Origin: Selaginella moellendorffii
Lineage: Eukaryota > Plantae > Lycopodiophyta
Length of the DNA: 64,000 nucleotides
Direction: 5' to 3'
Assembly (NCBI RefSeq): GCF_000143415.4
Contig: NW_003314288.1
Location: 357,838 to 421,837 of the forward strand
Shown here in pieces: positions 1 through 13,030 of the stretch. Each line of letters begins with the position of its first letter. Position 1 is the first letter of the stretch. The translations under genes and the position numbers were made by a program. Below the pieces are notes generated by a model. It had not been told where the DNA came from. It ran no database searches and worked only from the letters and a program-made list of their open reading frames with translations.

Positions 1-1343
1 AGGTGGACCCGAGATGGACCCGAAATGGAGTCCGAGGTGGAGTCCGAGGTGGACCCGAGATGGACCCGAAATGGAGTCCGAGATGGAGTCCGAGATGGAC
101 CCGAGATGGAGTCCGAGGTGGACCCGAAATGGAGTCCGAGGTGGACCCGAGATGGACCCGAGATGGAGTCCGAGATGGAGTCCGAGATGGAGTCCGAAGT
201 CGAGACCGAGACCGGGACCGAGACCGAGACTGAGACCGAGACCGAGATCGGGACCGAGAACGAGACCGAGGCTGAGGCCGAGACCGAGCCCGAGCCCGAG
301 TCCGAGTCCGAGTCCGAGTCCGAGTCCGAGTCCGAGTTCGAGTCTGAGAGGGTGAAAGCCCAAAGCGTTCGTCTCCCAGACCCTGGGGGGTTTGGTGAGC
401 TCCAAAAGTATAGTAAGGGGGAGGACTGCAGTGGAGCCAGTTTGGCCAGGAAAGGCCAGTTTGGCCTAGGAAGGCCAGACCCAGTGTTGGGTGATGAGCT
501 GCCCACTGGGAAGTCCAAGACTAGAGTGAACACAGACCGACAAGCGGGGTAGCTTGGTGAAGTGTTCAAGAGCGGGCTCTAGTTCCCCTGGGAGATCAAC
601 TGGCCGATGCTCCCAGTCCAAGTGTGGGTGGCACTACCTACTTGGATACCTGGTGTGGCTCAACGGAACCCGCTCTAAGCCCATGGCTAGAGCACCTAAG
701 GGCAGAAGGCGAGAAGAGTACCCAGGTGGCTCGCGTAAGGCTATGGTGTTCCGAAATGTTGTCCCAAAGGCCCAGACTGTGGAAAGGAAGAGGAGCAGTC
801 CTTTGGGGTAGTGACCAAGGACACAGTCGTGTGGTGAGGAAGTCCCAGAGGACCGTGGGACTTAGTGGTCGGGCCTGTGGGTCTCGATCCAGTGGCAGTG
901 TTGGCAAACACGGCCAGGGGCAGAAAGGGACTTAGTGGGGACTGACAGAGGGATATTGGGGAAGGCTATTCCCCTTGTTGGTGGGCATCCTAAGGGTGCT
1001 AAGGAGTGGATCTCAAATGACCACTCACGGATGGTTTGCCTAGTGTTGGAGAGCCAAGACTGTGATGCAAGTGGTAATGGACTACCAGTGTGGCAAAGGT
1101 GATTGGGCATGGCCTTAGCGTAACGGGCTAGCATGTCGGTGGTACCTTTGAGTGTCGGTCATGGGATCGGACACGTGGAGCACTTGGACCAAGTGCAAAT
1201 GTTGAATGGCATGAATGCCATTCTCGGGGCTAGCAAATCCCAAGTCCTGGATTGGACTTATGGAGGTTGTGAATGAGACTCCTCCAAGTGGTCGGAGGTG
1301 TGGTTAAGTGACTAAAGTAGAATGGAAAATTTAGTCGCCTACA
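1..1343 (+). repeat. 5' LTR (partial) with internal minisatellite
   Basis: Ends ...TAGTCGCCTACA immediately before the PBS; matches the 3' LTR. Confidence 0.9.
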
Positions 1344-1346
1344 ATT

Positions 1347-1358
1347 TGGTATCGGAGC
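1347..1358 (+). promoter_or_regulatory. Primer-binding site (tRNA-iMet type)
   Basis: TGGTATCGGAGC, one mismatch to the canonical TGGTATCAGAGC, directly after the LTR CA. Confidence 0.85.
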
Positions 1359-4300
1359 TGTTCCTTAGTCCGACTTTTATTGGTGCTCAAGTATATCACC
1401 ACTGGTGTTGGCAACGGAAGGTCCGAGAAGTGGGCCTATCCTTGAGGAGTAGCAGGTCGAGAAGACATGGCTCTCCATTACAGTTCATGTGTGAACTTGT
1501 AGACAAGGTGGTGGATAGAAAAGGGGCCAATAATGGAACGACTTTGGGATCTTAGGAATAGTGCAAGGTTTTCCTCATTGAGTTGAGGAGGTGATCCAGA
1601 TGAGCGTTTGACTCAGCAAACGGGCTAATGTAGTTGGGGTAAACAACTATAGTTGGGATCACGGGGAAGATAGAGACTCCAAAAACAATAAAGGAGTCAC
1701 AAGTTTATCCTCACATGGTTGAGGCTGGTGCTCATGAAGGTGAGACCGGAATGGATGACCGTGAGAGGTCAAGTATGGATGAGGACACGAGTCTTCGAAA
1801 TGGTAGCCGGGGCTACCTGTAATAAATGCTGGAACAACCCAAGGAGTTAGGGGTGTATTAAGTGGATGAGTTGGTATTCTCATCACATGGACAAGTAGTC
1901 CTAAGGGGCAAAGGTTGCCCCCAGAGAACAAAATCAAGTGTCGGAGTAACACTTGTGAAAATAGTCTTTTTGAGTAGGACAGGAATGCAAGAAGTGTATT
2001 CAGTGAGCTAGTGCCTCACAAGTAGGACCTTACGGGTCGGTGGATTAATCAAGTCCAAAACTGCTAGACGACTCAAGTAGAGTCAAGGGATGGTCCTAAA
2101 AGGACTGATGGAAGCATTTGGGTTGAGGTGTGTTGTACCCCACAAAGGATGGGGGGGGATCATAGGATCCAAGGATGAGAACAGAGGGTATCTCATCGAT
2201 GGCAAAATGTGTCATGCTAAAGTTATGGGAAAGGTGTTCCCAGAAGAAAACAACTTTGACATAAAGTTGTGTGTGACCTCTATGGGGCAGTGCTAACGGA
2301 TGATTGGCATGAGAAAGAGCGGTGTTGGTCTTGGCAAAGACTTAGACACGAAGGGGAAACGTCATAGATGTAGGCTCGTGGAGCCGATGGTGTGGAGACA
2401 CCAAATGTGCCAAGGTGTGATACCTTGAGGCTATGTTGGTGGGTTCATGAGAACCCTTGCCAAAGGAATCCCAATGGAAATGGGAATGGCATAGCCTAAG
2501 CTGCAGAGCATGCAGTTGGAGTGTGGTGACCCAGATAATGATGGAGGTGTGAAAGCACCAAGCAATGAGTTGTAGGACTTGACAACTATGAGGCAATTAA
2601 GCAAGAGGTGCAAAATAACTGGTTAAACGGGTAGAAGGTAGCTACCCAAGACTTCTTAATAGCATAAGGAAGTTGGATATACCCTTACGGGGGATAAGTT
2701 GCTTGTGTTGCGATATAGTAAGTCAATATCATAAAAGGAAATACTCATTGTCAAGAAAGCCATCATTGGGACACCCGGACACTCTAGAACACCAGAAGGT
2801 GGTGTTTGATGTCGCGAGGGCAATGGATAAAGCCCAAGGGACTAAGTCCCTAGCGAATGATGGATAGAAGGTGCTATCCAAATGTCCAAGGTTGCGGAGA
2901 CAGGAGAGGACTGTCTACCCGAGTTGGACAAAGCCAAAAATGAAATTTTGGCAAGGCTAGTGATGGGCATGTAAAGGCCCATAAGCAACAATGTAATCCC
3001 AGTGTGTGGGATTATAAGGTGAGCATACCCGGATTGAGGAACCACTCCCTAGGCTATTGGGTAGGCTCATCCCTAAGAATACTTGCTAAAGCGTGATAGA
3101 AAGTGCAAAGCTATCCTCCTAGTCTGGAGGAGAATGACCAAAGGAAAGGTGTGAAGCCAAAAAGCAAGAAGTAAGGGGATAGAACCGAACCATAGGAATC
3201 AAAGGGCATAACCAAGGTTGGTTATGCCAGCTGGGAGTGGAGAATCAAGTGGGGGCTCGAGGGTGTTGCCACTAGCAACTGTGATGCCATGGAGAGTCTA
3301 AAATATGGAATTGTCCATGTTAGACTATGTGGCATTTTGAAGGCTTGCAAAAAGGGAGGCCTTAACAAGCTGAGGGACAGAGTTCCTTCAAGGTTCCCAA
3401 AGACGATTCTAGGTAGCTTAGTACCTAGAAAGGCCAAGTGTAAATGGTTCAAAGAACGCGCGAAATCAGAGTGGCGCAGCAGAAGCGTGGTCTTGAAGCT
3501 TGCCATGAGGCAAGGCTATCAAGGTTAGGGAAGTAGTTCCCGAGTGTTCAAAGAGAGGGCTTTGAACGAAAGTCGATGGTCAAGGACTTTCACGCTTATG
3601 CAGGAACCATGTTACAGTGGTCGGAGGACTTGCCAAGCGAGATTGGCACGTCGGGGGAACAAATACCCTAGTTGAAGGTGATAACTTCAAAAAGGGTGGG
3701 CCATGGGGCCGAGCATGGAGGAGTCCATGCATGATCACAGACATGTCAAGTGAGAGGACTTGGCAGTGTGGAGGAACTAAGTTCCTAAGCTGTGATCTGT
3801 AGCGCGCTTTAAAAATAGGTTGGTGCACCGGCGTGGGGAGTCACGCCAGGCATCTAGTGTGATGCCGTCCGTAGATGCATATACGGAGGTTGGGTTTGAG
3901 TCCCGACCCTCTAGTGCTTGGGTTCGAGTCCCAAATCACTAGGGCGTGGTGATGGTTTGGAATATGAGGACACTCATATTTCGGTGGTCATGGACTCTCA
4001 GTGGGGAGACTGGTTTGGGCACACCGCCAAGCGAGGGATGCCTCGGAGTCGTGATGCACGGTTAGATTGCTTAGTGTGAAAGCTCGGCATATCTAACTTG
4101 AACGCTTTGGTGCAAGTGGCACCAAGGTCGTGGTGAGTGAGATGGGGACACCTAATCTCAGTTGCTATGAACCCTTGGCCATAAGGGCTAGCTTGGGTGC
4201 ACCGCCAAGTGTGGGGGATGCCCCCGGGGTTATAGTCAACAACTTGGAGGTCTAGAAGACCAAGTACCTCTTGGCAACTCTGTTACGGTGCCAAGGTGAG

Positions 4301-5451
4301 ATCACTAGGTGATCTTATGGCCAGATAAGGACAAGGTCCTTGGTTGGCTAAGGAATAAAGTTCCTGGTTCAAAATGTTGAAATTGAACTGTTTAAGATGG
4401 TGTGGCTTGGTCATGATGACCAAGTGGGAAGAGCACCTAAGGGAAATAAACTATGTCCATCCGATGGCATAGTGAGTCCGAGGAAAGTAGTCTCTATAAA
4501 AGACCCATGGGAGGGTCATGAAGTTGGGCCATGGATAGAGCCCATAGTGGAGGATGCTAAAGAGACGTACTAGGGGTGAACATCCTCCAGACTTGGCAAA
4601 GAAGAGTTTTTGCTATGGAACCGAAAGGATACCTAAAAAATGGAGGTAGCGATCCGATGTTGCTGGGTGCAGCAATCAAAGATAGGAGCAAAGGACTAGT
4701 GGCCAAGTTTGGGTCATGGAATTTAATGGAAGGGACCCAAATGGCAAAGTTAGCCAAGGAACACTAATGTGTTCGATGCTAACGGCTTGTAAAGGAAGTG
4801 GACTTCCAAGGATGGATTCCTAAGTGCTCCAATTTGGCGAAGTAAAAGCTCAAAGTGAGGGAGCGGTAAGGTAGCCAAATGATAGGGCCATGGACAGCCC
4901 TAGCACAAAGTATGATAAATAGAACTTAGTGCCCAAGGTGGCACGAAATAGAAGAGAGGATGAGGGTGCCCTCAAATAATGAACTTTCTAGGATGGGGAA
5001 GTGGAGTTGCACAATCTGTGCAATGCAAGGTGTTGGGGACACCTAGGAAATTGACTTTCAAAAAGTCAAAAGAGTAAAAGTTCCAAGGTGCAAACATTCA
5101 ATAGATGGAAAATGAGACTACTCGAGAAGGAGTAGTGGGATTGACTTAGAGAAGGGTCTCTAAGAGGTTTAGCGAGAACTAAACCAATAAAAGGAGAGAA
5201 CCACTACATGTGGTCCAATCAGTCTCTAAGTTGGAGAGACTACCCTCCTTAGAGGATAGACAAGGCATGGTGAGCCTTTGGTGCCAAACCATGGAGGCAT
5301 ATGCAAAAGGCATGGTGAGCCTTCAATGTCAAACCATTGACAAATATTGGCTAGGTGCCAAGGATGGAAATGGTAACACATGCGAGTGTTACTTTACAAA
5401 ATGGTTTACCGTTCGATGAGGACATCGAACTTCGTCTATGGGTGGTGGAGT

Positions 5452-7182
5452 TGTGAGACACAAAATCCCTAGGCCCCAAAGTGGAGCCGGAAAGGGTGCC
5501 ACGTGGTAGTGGCTGAAGCGAGAGCCAAACGAGCGTAACACGTTTGGACCAAAAGCTCCGACTTGAAAAGTCAAGAGCGGGAGTGGAACTCCCAACGAAG
5601 CGAGCAAAAAGCGAGGCTCCAAAAAGGGACCCAAAAGGACCAACATATAACACGTGGAAGTGTCCGAGATGGACTCGAGTTGGAGTCCAAAGTGGAGTCC
5701 GAGGTGGACCCGAGATGGACCCGAAATGGAGTCCGAGATGGAGTCCGAGGTGGACCCGAGATGGACCCGAAATGGAGTCCGAGATGGAGTCCGAGATGGA
5801 CCCGAGATGGAGTCCGAGGTGGACCCGAGATGGACCCGAAATGGAGTCCGAGGTGGAGTCCGAGGTGGACCCGAGATGAACCCGAAATGGAGTCCGAGAT
5901 GGAGTCCGAGATGGACCCGAGATGGAGTCCGAGATGGACCCGAGATGGAGTCCGAGGTGGACCCGAAATGGAGTCCGAGGTGGACCCGAGATGGACCCGA
6001 GATGGAGTCCGAGATGGAGTCCGAAGTCGAGACTGAGACCGGGACCGAGACCGAGACCGAGACCGAGACTGAGATCGGGACCGAGAACGAGACCGAGGCC
6101 GAGGCCGAGACCGAGGCCGAGGCCGAGACCGAGCCCGAGCCCGAGTCCGAGTCCGAGTCCGAGTCCAAGTCCGAGTTTGAGTCTGAGAGGGTGAAAGCCC
6201 AAAGCGTTCGTCTCCCAGACCCTGGGGGGTTTGGTGAGCTCCAAAAGTATAGTAAGGGGGAGGACTGCAGTGGAGCCAGTTTGGCCAGGAAAGGCCAGTT
6301 TGGCCTAGGAAGGCCAAACCCAGTGTTGGGTGATGAGCTGCCCACTGGGAAGTCCAAGACTAGAGTGAACACAGACTGACAAGCGGGGTAGCTTGGTGAA
6401 GTGTTCAAGAGCCGGCTCTAGTTCCCCCGGGAGATCGACTGGCCGATGCTCCCAGTCCAAGTGTGGGTGGCACTACCTACTTGGATACCTGGTGTGGCTC
6501 AACGGAACCCGCTCTAAGCCCATGGCTAGAGCACCTAAGGGCAGAAGGCGAGAAGAGTACCCAGGTGGCTCGCGTAAGGCTATGGTGTTCCGAAATGTTG
6601 TCCCAAAGGCCCAGACTGTGGAAAGGAAGAGGAGCAGTCCTTTGGGGTAGTGACCAAGGACACAGTCGTGTGGTGAGGAAGTCCCAGAGGACCGTGGGAC
6701 TTAGTGGTCGGGCCTGTGGGTCTCGATCCAGTGGCAGTGTTGGCAAACACGGCCAGGGGCAGAAAGGGACTTAGTGGGGACTGACAGAGGGATATTGGGG
6801 AAGGCTATTCCCCTTGTTGGTGGGCATCCTAAGGGTGCTAAGGAGTGGATCTCAGATGACCACTCACGGATGGTTTGCCTAGTGTTGGAGAGCCAAGACT
6901 GTGATGCAAGTGGTAATGGACTACCAGTGTGGCAAAGGTGATTGGGCATGGCCTTAGCGTAACGGGCTAGCATGTCGGTGGTACCTTTGAGTGTCGGTCA
7001 TGGGATCAGACACGTGGAGCACTTGGACCAAGTGCAAATGTTGAATGGCATGGATGCCATTCTCGGGGCTAGCAAGTCCCAAGTCCTGGATTGGACTTAT
7101 GGAGGTTGTGAATGAGACTCCTCCAAGTGGTCGGAGGTGTGGTTAAGTGACTAAAGTAGAATGGAAAATTTAGTCGCCTACA
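5452..7182 (+). repeat. 3' LTR (1731 bp)
   Basis: TG...CA termini, preceded by a PPT at about 5438-5451. Confidence 0.9.
5664..6188 (+). repeat. LTR-internal minisatellite: 11-12 bp GAGATGGAGTCC/GAGGTGGACCC units, then 6-bp GAGACC/GAGTCC units
   Basis: Visible directly; the same array occupies 1-348. Confidence 0.9.
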
Positions 7183-8145
7183 CTAACGAGACATTCTTAA
7201 TACTACACTTTATCTTTGGATCCACCTTCACCAACCATGGCGTCCCAAGAATGAGATCCACATGATGGATATCCACGAGATAAAAAGTCTTCAGAAGTGT
7301 GGTTTTGCCAATCAACACTTCTAACCCCTTGACACAAGCATCGAAATGTTGAGTAGAGGTAACTGCACCTTCCACTATGTATAGAGGAACTCTATGTATG
7401 ACCAGGCCATGCTCCGCAACAAACATTGCTGAAACAAAGTTGTCATCGCTCCCACTCTCCAATAAAATCTATACTGGACCGCCACAAAACATGCCCTCCA
7501 GCATTAAAGTTGATTCACAAGTATCCTTGAGCTTTATTTTGTTCCACACACAGCTGAGTTGACAAGCAACAATCGAAAGCCTCTTCCTCTAACCGGAATG
7601 GTTGTCCCCATCATCCTCATACTACAAAGTGTGCAAATTTTTAGTATCTAACTTACCATCAATAAAAAATTGGCCATTCTTTTTGCTTTGTTGCTTGTTC
7701 TTCAGCTGTGGACAATCAGCTTTGTAGTGTTCAAGCTTGCCCATACATGGTATCCATCATGCCATGCATCTCGTTTTGCATCTTTTGCTAATTTTGATTA
7801 AGGGCTCGCCGCTTATGAACCATATCCTAAATGTCCCAAATCTCCACAGCTCCGTCGGCACCATCATCAGCACCACCATCGATAATAGGATTTTAGTGTT
7901 CAATTTGGTCGTCCATCGCAACCAACCTCCCTCTGATACTAATGTTATGATCCAATGCAAAAGGATAGAAATCTAATCACCCTAGACTAGGCTATGCCAC
8001 CTCTTGAGGTTCCTCACTACCCAACCACCCAAAAACTCCGCCGCTCTATTATGAGCTATAAGTCCCTTACCCTAACATGCCTTAATATACCCTTGAGCTT
8101 CCCTTTGACCGATGTTGACTATGTGGTCAAAGTTGGCACTTAACA
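7183..8145 (-). mobile_element. Decayed Ty3/gypsy 5' part (short LTR, PBS, gag zinc-knuckle/protease remnant), interrupted by the 1-7182 element
   Basis: Minus-strand ORF with xSGSDDNFVS...DLILGTPWL (aspartic protease). Reverse-complement PBS CTCTGATACTA at 7931-7941; TGTTA...TAACA segment at 7943-8145. Homologous to ~24030-24540. Confidence 0.7.
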
Positions 8146-8149
8146 GTTT

Positions 8150-9055
8150 CCTAGTCAAGAGGAATTGGCCTATGGTTCCTAGAGATGATGTTCTTTTATA
8201 GTGGATTTTGTAAGAGTGTCTGTTGCACCAAATGTAGGACATCTGAGGACATGTGTTCTAGTAGAGACACATTTATTTTGGCCTGGAATGAAGTCAAGTG
8301 TTGATAAGTATGTGCACAATTGCTAGACCGGCCAGGCAGTCACAATGGATTGTCAGAAGCATGAAGGTCTCTACCATAGTTAACCTCAGCAGAAGTGGGA
8401 TAGTATTTTCTATGAGTTTCATAGTAGGCATTTCAAGGCAATAATGCTATTTAGGTTGTTTGATGATGTTGGCTCACTTCTTCCTTATGAAGACAAATGT
8501 TAAGGCTTTTGACCTTGCTCAGCTGTATTTCTCTATGGGTTGCCTAAGGATGTTGTAAGTGATCGGGATCCCACATTCACTTTGGACTTTTGGTAGACAG
8601 TGTTCTAGAAGCTTGAGACAAAGCTGAGCATGAACATCCACAATCAGATGGACAAAAAAAACGAGTTAATTAGATGCTGGAAGGCATGGTGAGATCATTT
8701 GTTGGTCATCTGAAGAGATAAGGTATTTGGGAGAAGTACCTGTCTTTGTCAACTAGACTTGCCTAGTGGTGTGAAGATTCATCCTGTCTTCTATATAGGA
8801 AGTTGAAGGCATGTTTGCATTCTGGTAATATCTTGGACCAGTCTGCGATCAAGATTCCAGAGATAGATGTTTGAAGGTTGGCCTACTTGTGTGTTATAGC
8901 AACGGCTAGCGCACACACATCGTAAGACTTGGAGAGAGTTACTTGTTCAATGGAATGGTTATTCTCCATATGATGCTACATGGGAAGCTAAGGATGATGT
9001 TGTTTCCTAATTTTGAGTATGACTTGGATGACATTCCAGAGGAAGAGGAGAAGTA
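8150..9055 (+). mobile_element. Decayed gypsy integrase and chromodomain remnant
   Basis: Translatable fragments FWPGMKSSVDKYVHNC, VVSDRDPTFTLDFW, HPQSDGQ and LVQWNGYSPYDATWE, with many stops and frameshifts. Confidence 0.75.
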
Positions 9056-9159
9056 GTCACTTGCTCCTATCCTTTCTTTCTTTTCTGACCCCGTTGATGG
9101 CTGGAGGTGTTGTGTCGCGTGAGACAGTTAGTGGTTTTGTTAGTGGGATGCTTTGCTAG

Positions 9160-10730
9160 CTTCTCTCTCCTCACCTACTGTTCATCATAGTTGGAGCAGA
9201 GGGAAAAATGTCACCGTATTTCGTGATGAACCAGCTGATTCTGGACCTAGGTCTCTGATCAAAGAGCCAAATACCAACTGCAAATTTGCATGTGAAGAGG
9301 TGTTCAAGCATCTCCACGGGGTTTTCATTGCATAGAATACACAGAGTTTTGTGAACTGTGAACCAATCACCAACAGGGATCCTGTCCTGCACAAGAAGCC
9401 AGCTTACCTTAGCTTCCACCAGTGTCTTCCACATGTTCACAATGTACTTCCAATTCTTCAACTTCCGCATAAGCCTGGTGTCAATTTTATCCATCAAAAG
9501 CTCTCTGCCATGCTTAGACCTGTACATAAAAAAAGACACACTGAACTCATTACCTTCCCAGGATAACTGAGCCGGATCCTATATAAGATCAGATTTAGGT
9601 ACTCCCCAAACTAGTGTATTGCAGAGCATTCTCCCAGTTGAACCTTAGAATCCAGTTCAGTGTATTTCCCTCTCGGATGTATCGTCCTGATCCTTTTACC
9701 GAAGGCCATCCTGGGAACTGGGACCTCCTCGGGAACTATACATGGAAACAGTGCACCACTGTTATGGGGATAAAAAACAATACCTTGAGGTGATGGGGTT
9801 GTTTCCATAACAAAGATGATTTGAGTCTCAGCACCATCAAGCATTATCCAATCACGAACCTCGATAACTTCAGTTTGTAAAGCAAGATGAAGGCGATCAC
9901 AAGCGATGCTGCCTTAAGCTTTGATGTGGAGTTTTCATCCTGGGTTGTAATGGGTTGTCATGAGGCCATCCGATGAGCAGGGTTTGCTCCAAGCGGACGT
10001 CAAACAAATACCTGACTTGACCTTTTTCATTGTATCATACCTTGTCCACTGCTGAGGAAGAAAAACAAGATCCCAACAAGAACTTTGCTGTAAGTGATGG
10101 CTTGCTAGCTCTTTGTAGATCCAATAAGTCTTTGATCTAAGCTCCCACATTTCTATGCCACCTAGGCCAAAGACCTCTACCCAAGCCTGGAGCTGAACAA
10201 TCACCTATATACTGTTGATTACTGTTCTTATGCGCTACGTTGAAGAACAAGCGATCAGCTAATGCCTCTGTCAGATTCTGGTTCTTTCTGACTTAACCTG
10301 GGTAGGAGTGTGACTTCCATACCTTCAACATCTCTTTTGCTATTCCATCCTGGACCTTCTTTGTGTTGAGAGGAGCAGTGCCAATCGATTCCTTGTTTCT
10401 AGTTACCACCCTGTCTAGGCAAGATCTTCAGTTTCGTGGATATAAACCTGACACAAGAACTTTGAAGAGAAGAGCTTTGGATTGAATTCCTGGGTGTGGC
10501 ACATTCCGAATAACTCACTCTACTTTTGCCCGGACTTTGCACCCGCTGGAGTTTCTAAAGTTTCTACATATGTCGTTGGAGATCAAGTGTTGGTGAGTTA
10601 TCGGGTGTTGCAGATCCAAGGTTTTTGCTGCGTAGGTCCTTATCACATCATCCAACAAGTTGGTCCACAAATCTATGTGGGGCACTCAATGCACAACGTC
10701 AAGAGAAGATCCATGTGAAGCAGTTAGCTC
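9160..10730 (-). mobile_element. LINE (L1-like) ORF2 remnant: RT C-terminus and zf-RVT region
   Basis: WKTLVEAKVSWLLVQDRIPV...CILCNENPVEMLEHLFTCKFAVGIW (zf-RVT-like) and WVEVFGLGGIE (GGLG-like motif); fragmented. Confidence 0.7.
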
Positions 10731-11379
10731 GATATTGTGTGTGAACGGATTGATGTAAGGATTCTACCATATATTCTATGGTAGATATAGATAAACTCAA
10801 CAAGATTGTATTTATGGAGCCCACAAGAGTAAGAGTGAGGTGTTATCATATTATGAATCCCACAAGATCAAGAGTGAGAGGTGTTAATCACATTTTTTAT
10901 ATGCTCCATATGATCCTGAGGGGGGGAGAGGAAGGGAAAAAAAGAATTAATTAGAGTGAAAATGCGAGTTATTGTGAAATTATAGTATAAATGTGACGAG
11001 CTAAGAGTAAAAACGTGATGTAGCAGCTTAAAAGAGGGAAGTAGGAATGCTCAGATGGAGTTCCACCAGGTTGAAAAGACAAGTCATACCTCAAGCCTCG
11101 GATTGCTCCCAACCCCTTGCCTCCACCTGGTTGCCTACTTTAACCAAGCCCCGAACCACCCAGCAGTCTTGGCGCACAGGGATGACATCAGCCCTAACCT
11201 CTTGCTCCACTGCTCCTACTTCTGAGCTTCTCCCCCCCCTTAAGAAAAAAGGTCTGTTGTTCTCTTGGAGTTCAAGAGGCATCCTCTTCACCATCTCCTC
11301 TGTTTTTGCTAGCTAGTTAGCTCTTACAAGGAGCACAAGCCAAGTTCAGCTCCATGCTCAGCTCTATCATCTCCTCTTT

Positions 11380-12119
11380 AAGACACCTCACCTCTTTGAA
11401 GCCATTCAGGAGAGCTAGCACGCTTCACGTCTAGACGTCCCCCCTTTTTTTTTTTTGCGATTGTCTCTTCAAACTCATCATACTTATTTAACTCACCAAA
11501 CCTTACCAAGCCGAGTGCAGGTTTTGAAACCCCATGAGTCACCTTCCATCTTCCAGTTGAGCTCTCCAACAATCTTGACGTGCGGATGTGTGCAAACTGC
11601 TCCTTGAGCCAGGACCATTTCTCCAGGAGATAACTTATGCTACAACACTCTCCGCTCGACGATCTCAATGTGGAAAGATCCACAAAGCTGTCCCACTCAT
11701 CATAGTTGCAGAAGAAATCATCCTCATACTGCATCTGCAACCTTGCTCAAGCCCAAGCCTCCGCCATCGCAAGCTTCTCCCTCATCTTGATCAGCTCACA
11801 CTTGAGGCGGCAAAACAAGTCCAGGTCCTGAGGAACAACAATGGAATACACCTTTCCTGGGTACCTGTCTCGAAACCTGTGAAAGTACAGTAGACGATGT
11901 GGTGTTTCAGATCGCAGTGGAATGATAACTTAATGAAAGCAACAAAGCCATCGAGCTCGCTCTTTGGGGATCAATTATCATCTCCTCCTTTGAAGCAATG
12001 AGCAGCAGGCCTTGATCCCATCCAGAAGTACTAGAGATAGTCTGCAAAAGCAAGTTTGACACCAGTCTACTCGACAATGAATGAATATGTTCAAAATTGA
12101 CCAAGTCAAACACAGTCAT
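11380..12119 (-). mobile_element. Possible upstream part of the LINE ORF2 (endonuclease end and linker)
   Basis: Degenerate SRLVSNLL and LSYHSTAI resemble APE SRLDRFL and SDH motifs; weak. Confidence 0.3.
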
Positions 12120-12844
12120 TAAAGAATATTACACATGCAAGAGAATATTTTATATAAATGAACAAAAAATGAATAATACTTTTCTGTGGTTTTCTTAATA
12201 ATAGTGCTTCATATTGATCAATGAGAAGATTGTAATTATAAACATGTTTATAATTTATAAACAAGAGATTAATCTAGAATAACTAGAATATACTAGGAAG
12301 TGTATAAACATGTTTATAATCTATAAATACATCATTAATCTAAATAAAAACAACCATTAGATGGTAGAATATTCCAAAATATAAAGTATATTCTAGGTAT
12401 ATTCATTACCCTGTTTGCTTCTAATAAAAATAAAATATTTATAATATTAAAAATATTTTAAATAATATTTATAATTATTTTGCATATATAAATTATCCAA
12501 TATTTTAGTAAAATAAATTACCAGAAGAAAAAGAAGAAAAATAAACTCAAGTTTCAAAATTTATAGAGATCCATACAATCCAAATCAAGATCAATCTTCC
12601 ACGAACTTAATGCCGCTTTCAGCACCTCGAAGCTCTGCCGAAAAACGTAGCCATGGTATGCCACAATCGTTCGCTTGAAAATCTGAAGATGTCAATCGAA
12701 GCATGCCAGCAAAAACATGAAATAAAGAAGCGCAGGTGGACAACAAAGGAGATGAACTGAGCGAGGCCAAGAACACATATAAGGACTGAATGTAACCATG
12801 TGAGGCCTTGCGCGGTTTTTTCCTCCATGCATGGCTTCATGTGC

Positions 12845-13030
12845 GAAGAGTTTCGTGTGGTAAGGTATGTTGCGGAGCAGCCAGAAGCCCAGGGTGAATA
12901 TAAGTACGTGAGGCCTTGTGAGGTTTTACCGCCGCCCGAGGACTCCTATGCATGGGCCCCAGGCGAGAGTCATTTGCGAAAGTGTTCTGCATGAAACTGG
13001 TGCCCTGAGGCTTCTGGCCGTGTCGCCCCA
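12845..13030 (+). pseudogene. Possible Agenet/Tudor-like fragment
   Basis: VVRYVAEQ...VRPCEVLPPPEDSYAWAPGE...GFW loosely resembles the Agenet pattern; frameshifted. Confidence 0.2.

Larger units (their letters stand above)
1..7182 (+). mobile_element. Non-autonomous (LARD-like) LTR retrotransposon; 5' LTR cut by the window edge
   Basis: 1-1343 is near-identical to the distal part of 5452-7182 (TGTGAGA...GCCTACA). PBS TGGTATCGGAGC follows the 5' LTR and PPT ATGGGTGGTGGAGT precedes the 3' LTR. The internal 4.1 kb has no gag/pol ORF. Confidence 0.88.

Noticed and set aside
3885-3936. tRNA gene
   Set aside because: Only T-arm-like hairpins; no D arm, anticodon arm or acceptor stem.
5664-6188. 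CRISPR-like array
   Set aside because: No unique spacers; it is a eukaryotic LTR minisatellite.
1-6408. Long ORFs such as MDPRWSPRW..., ESESES... and LGLGLG...
   Set aside because: They are translations of stop-free LTR minisatellites, open in several frames on both strands.
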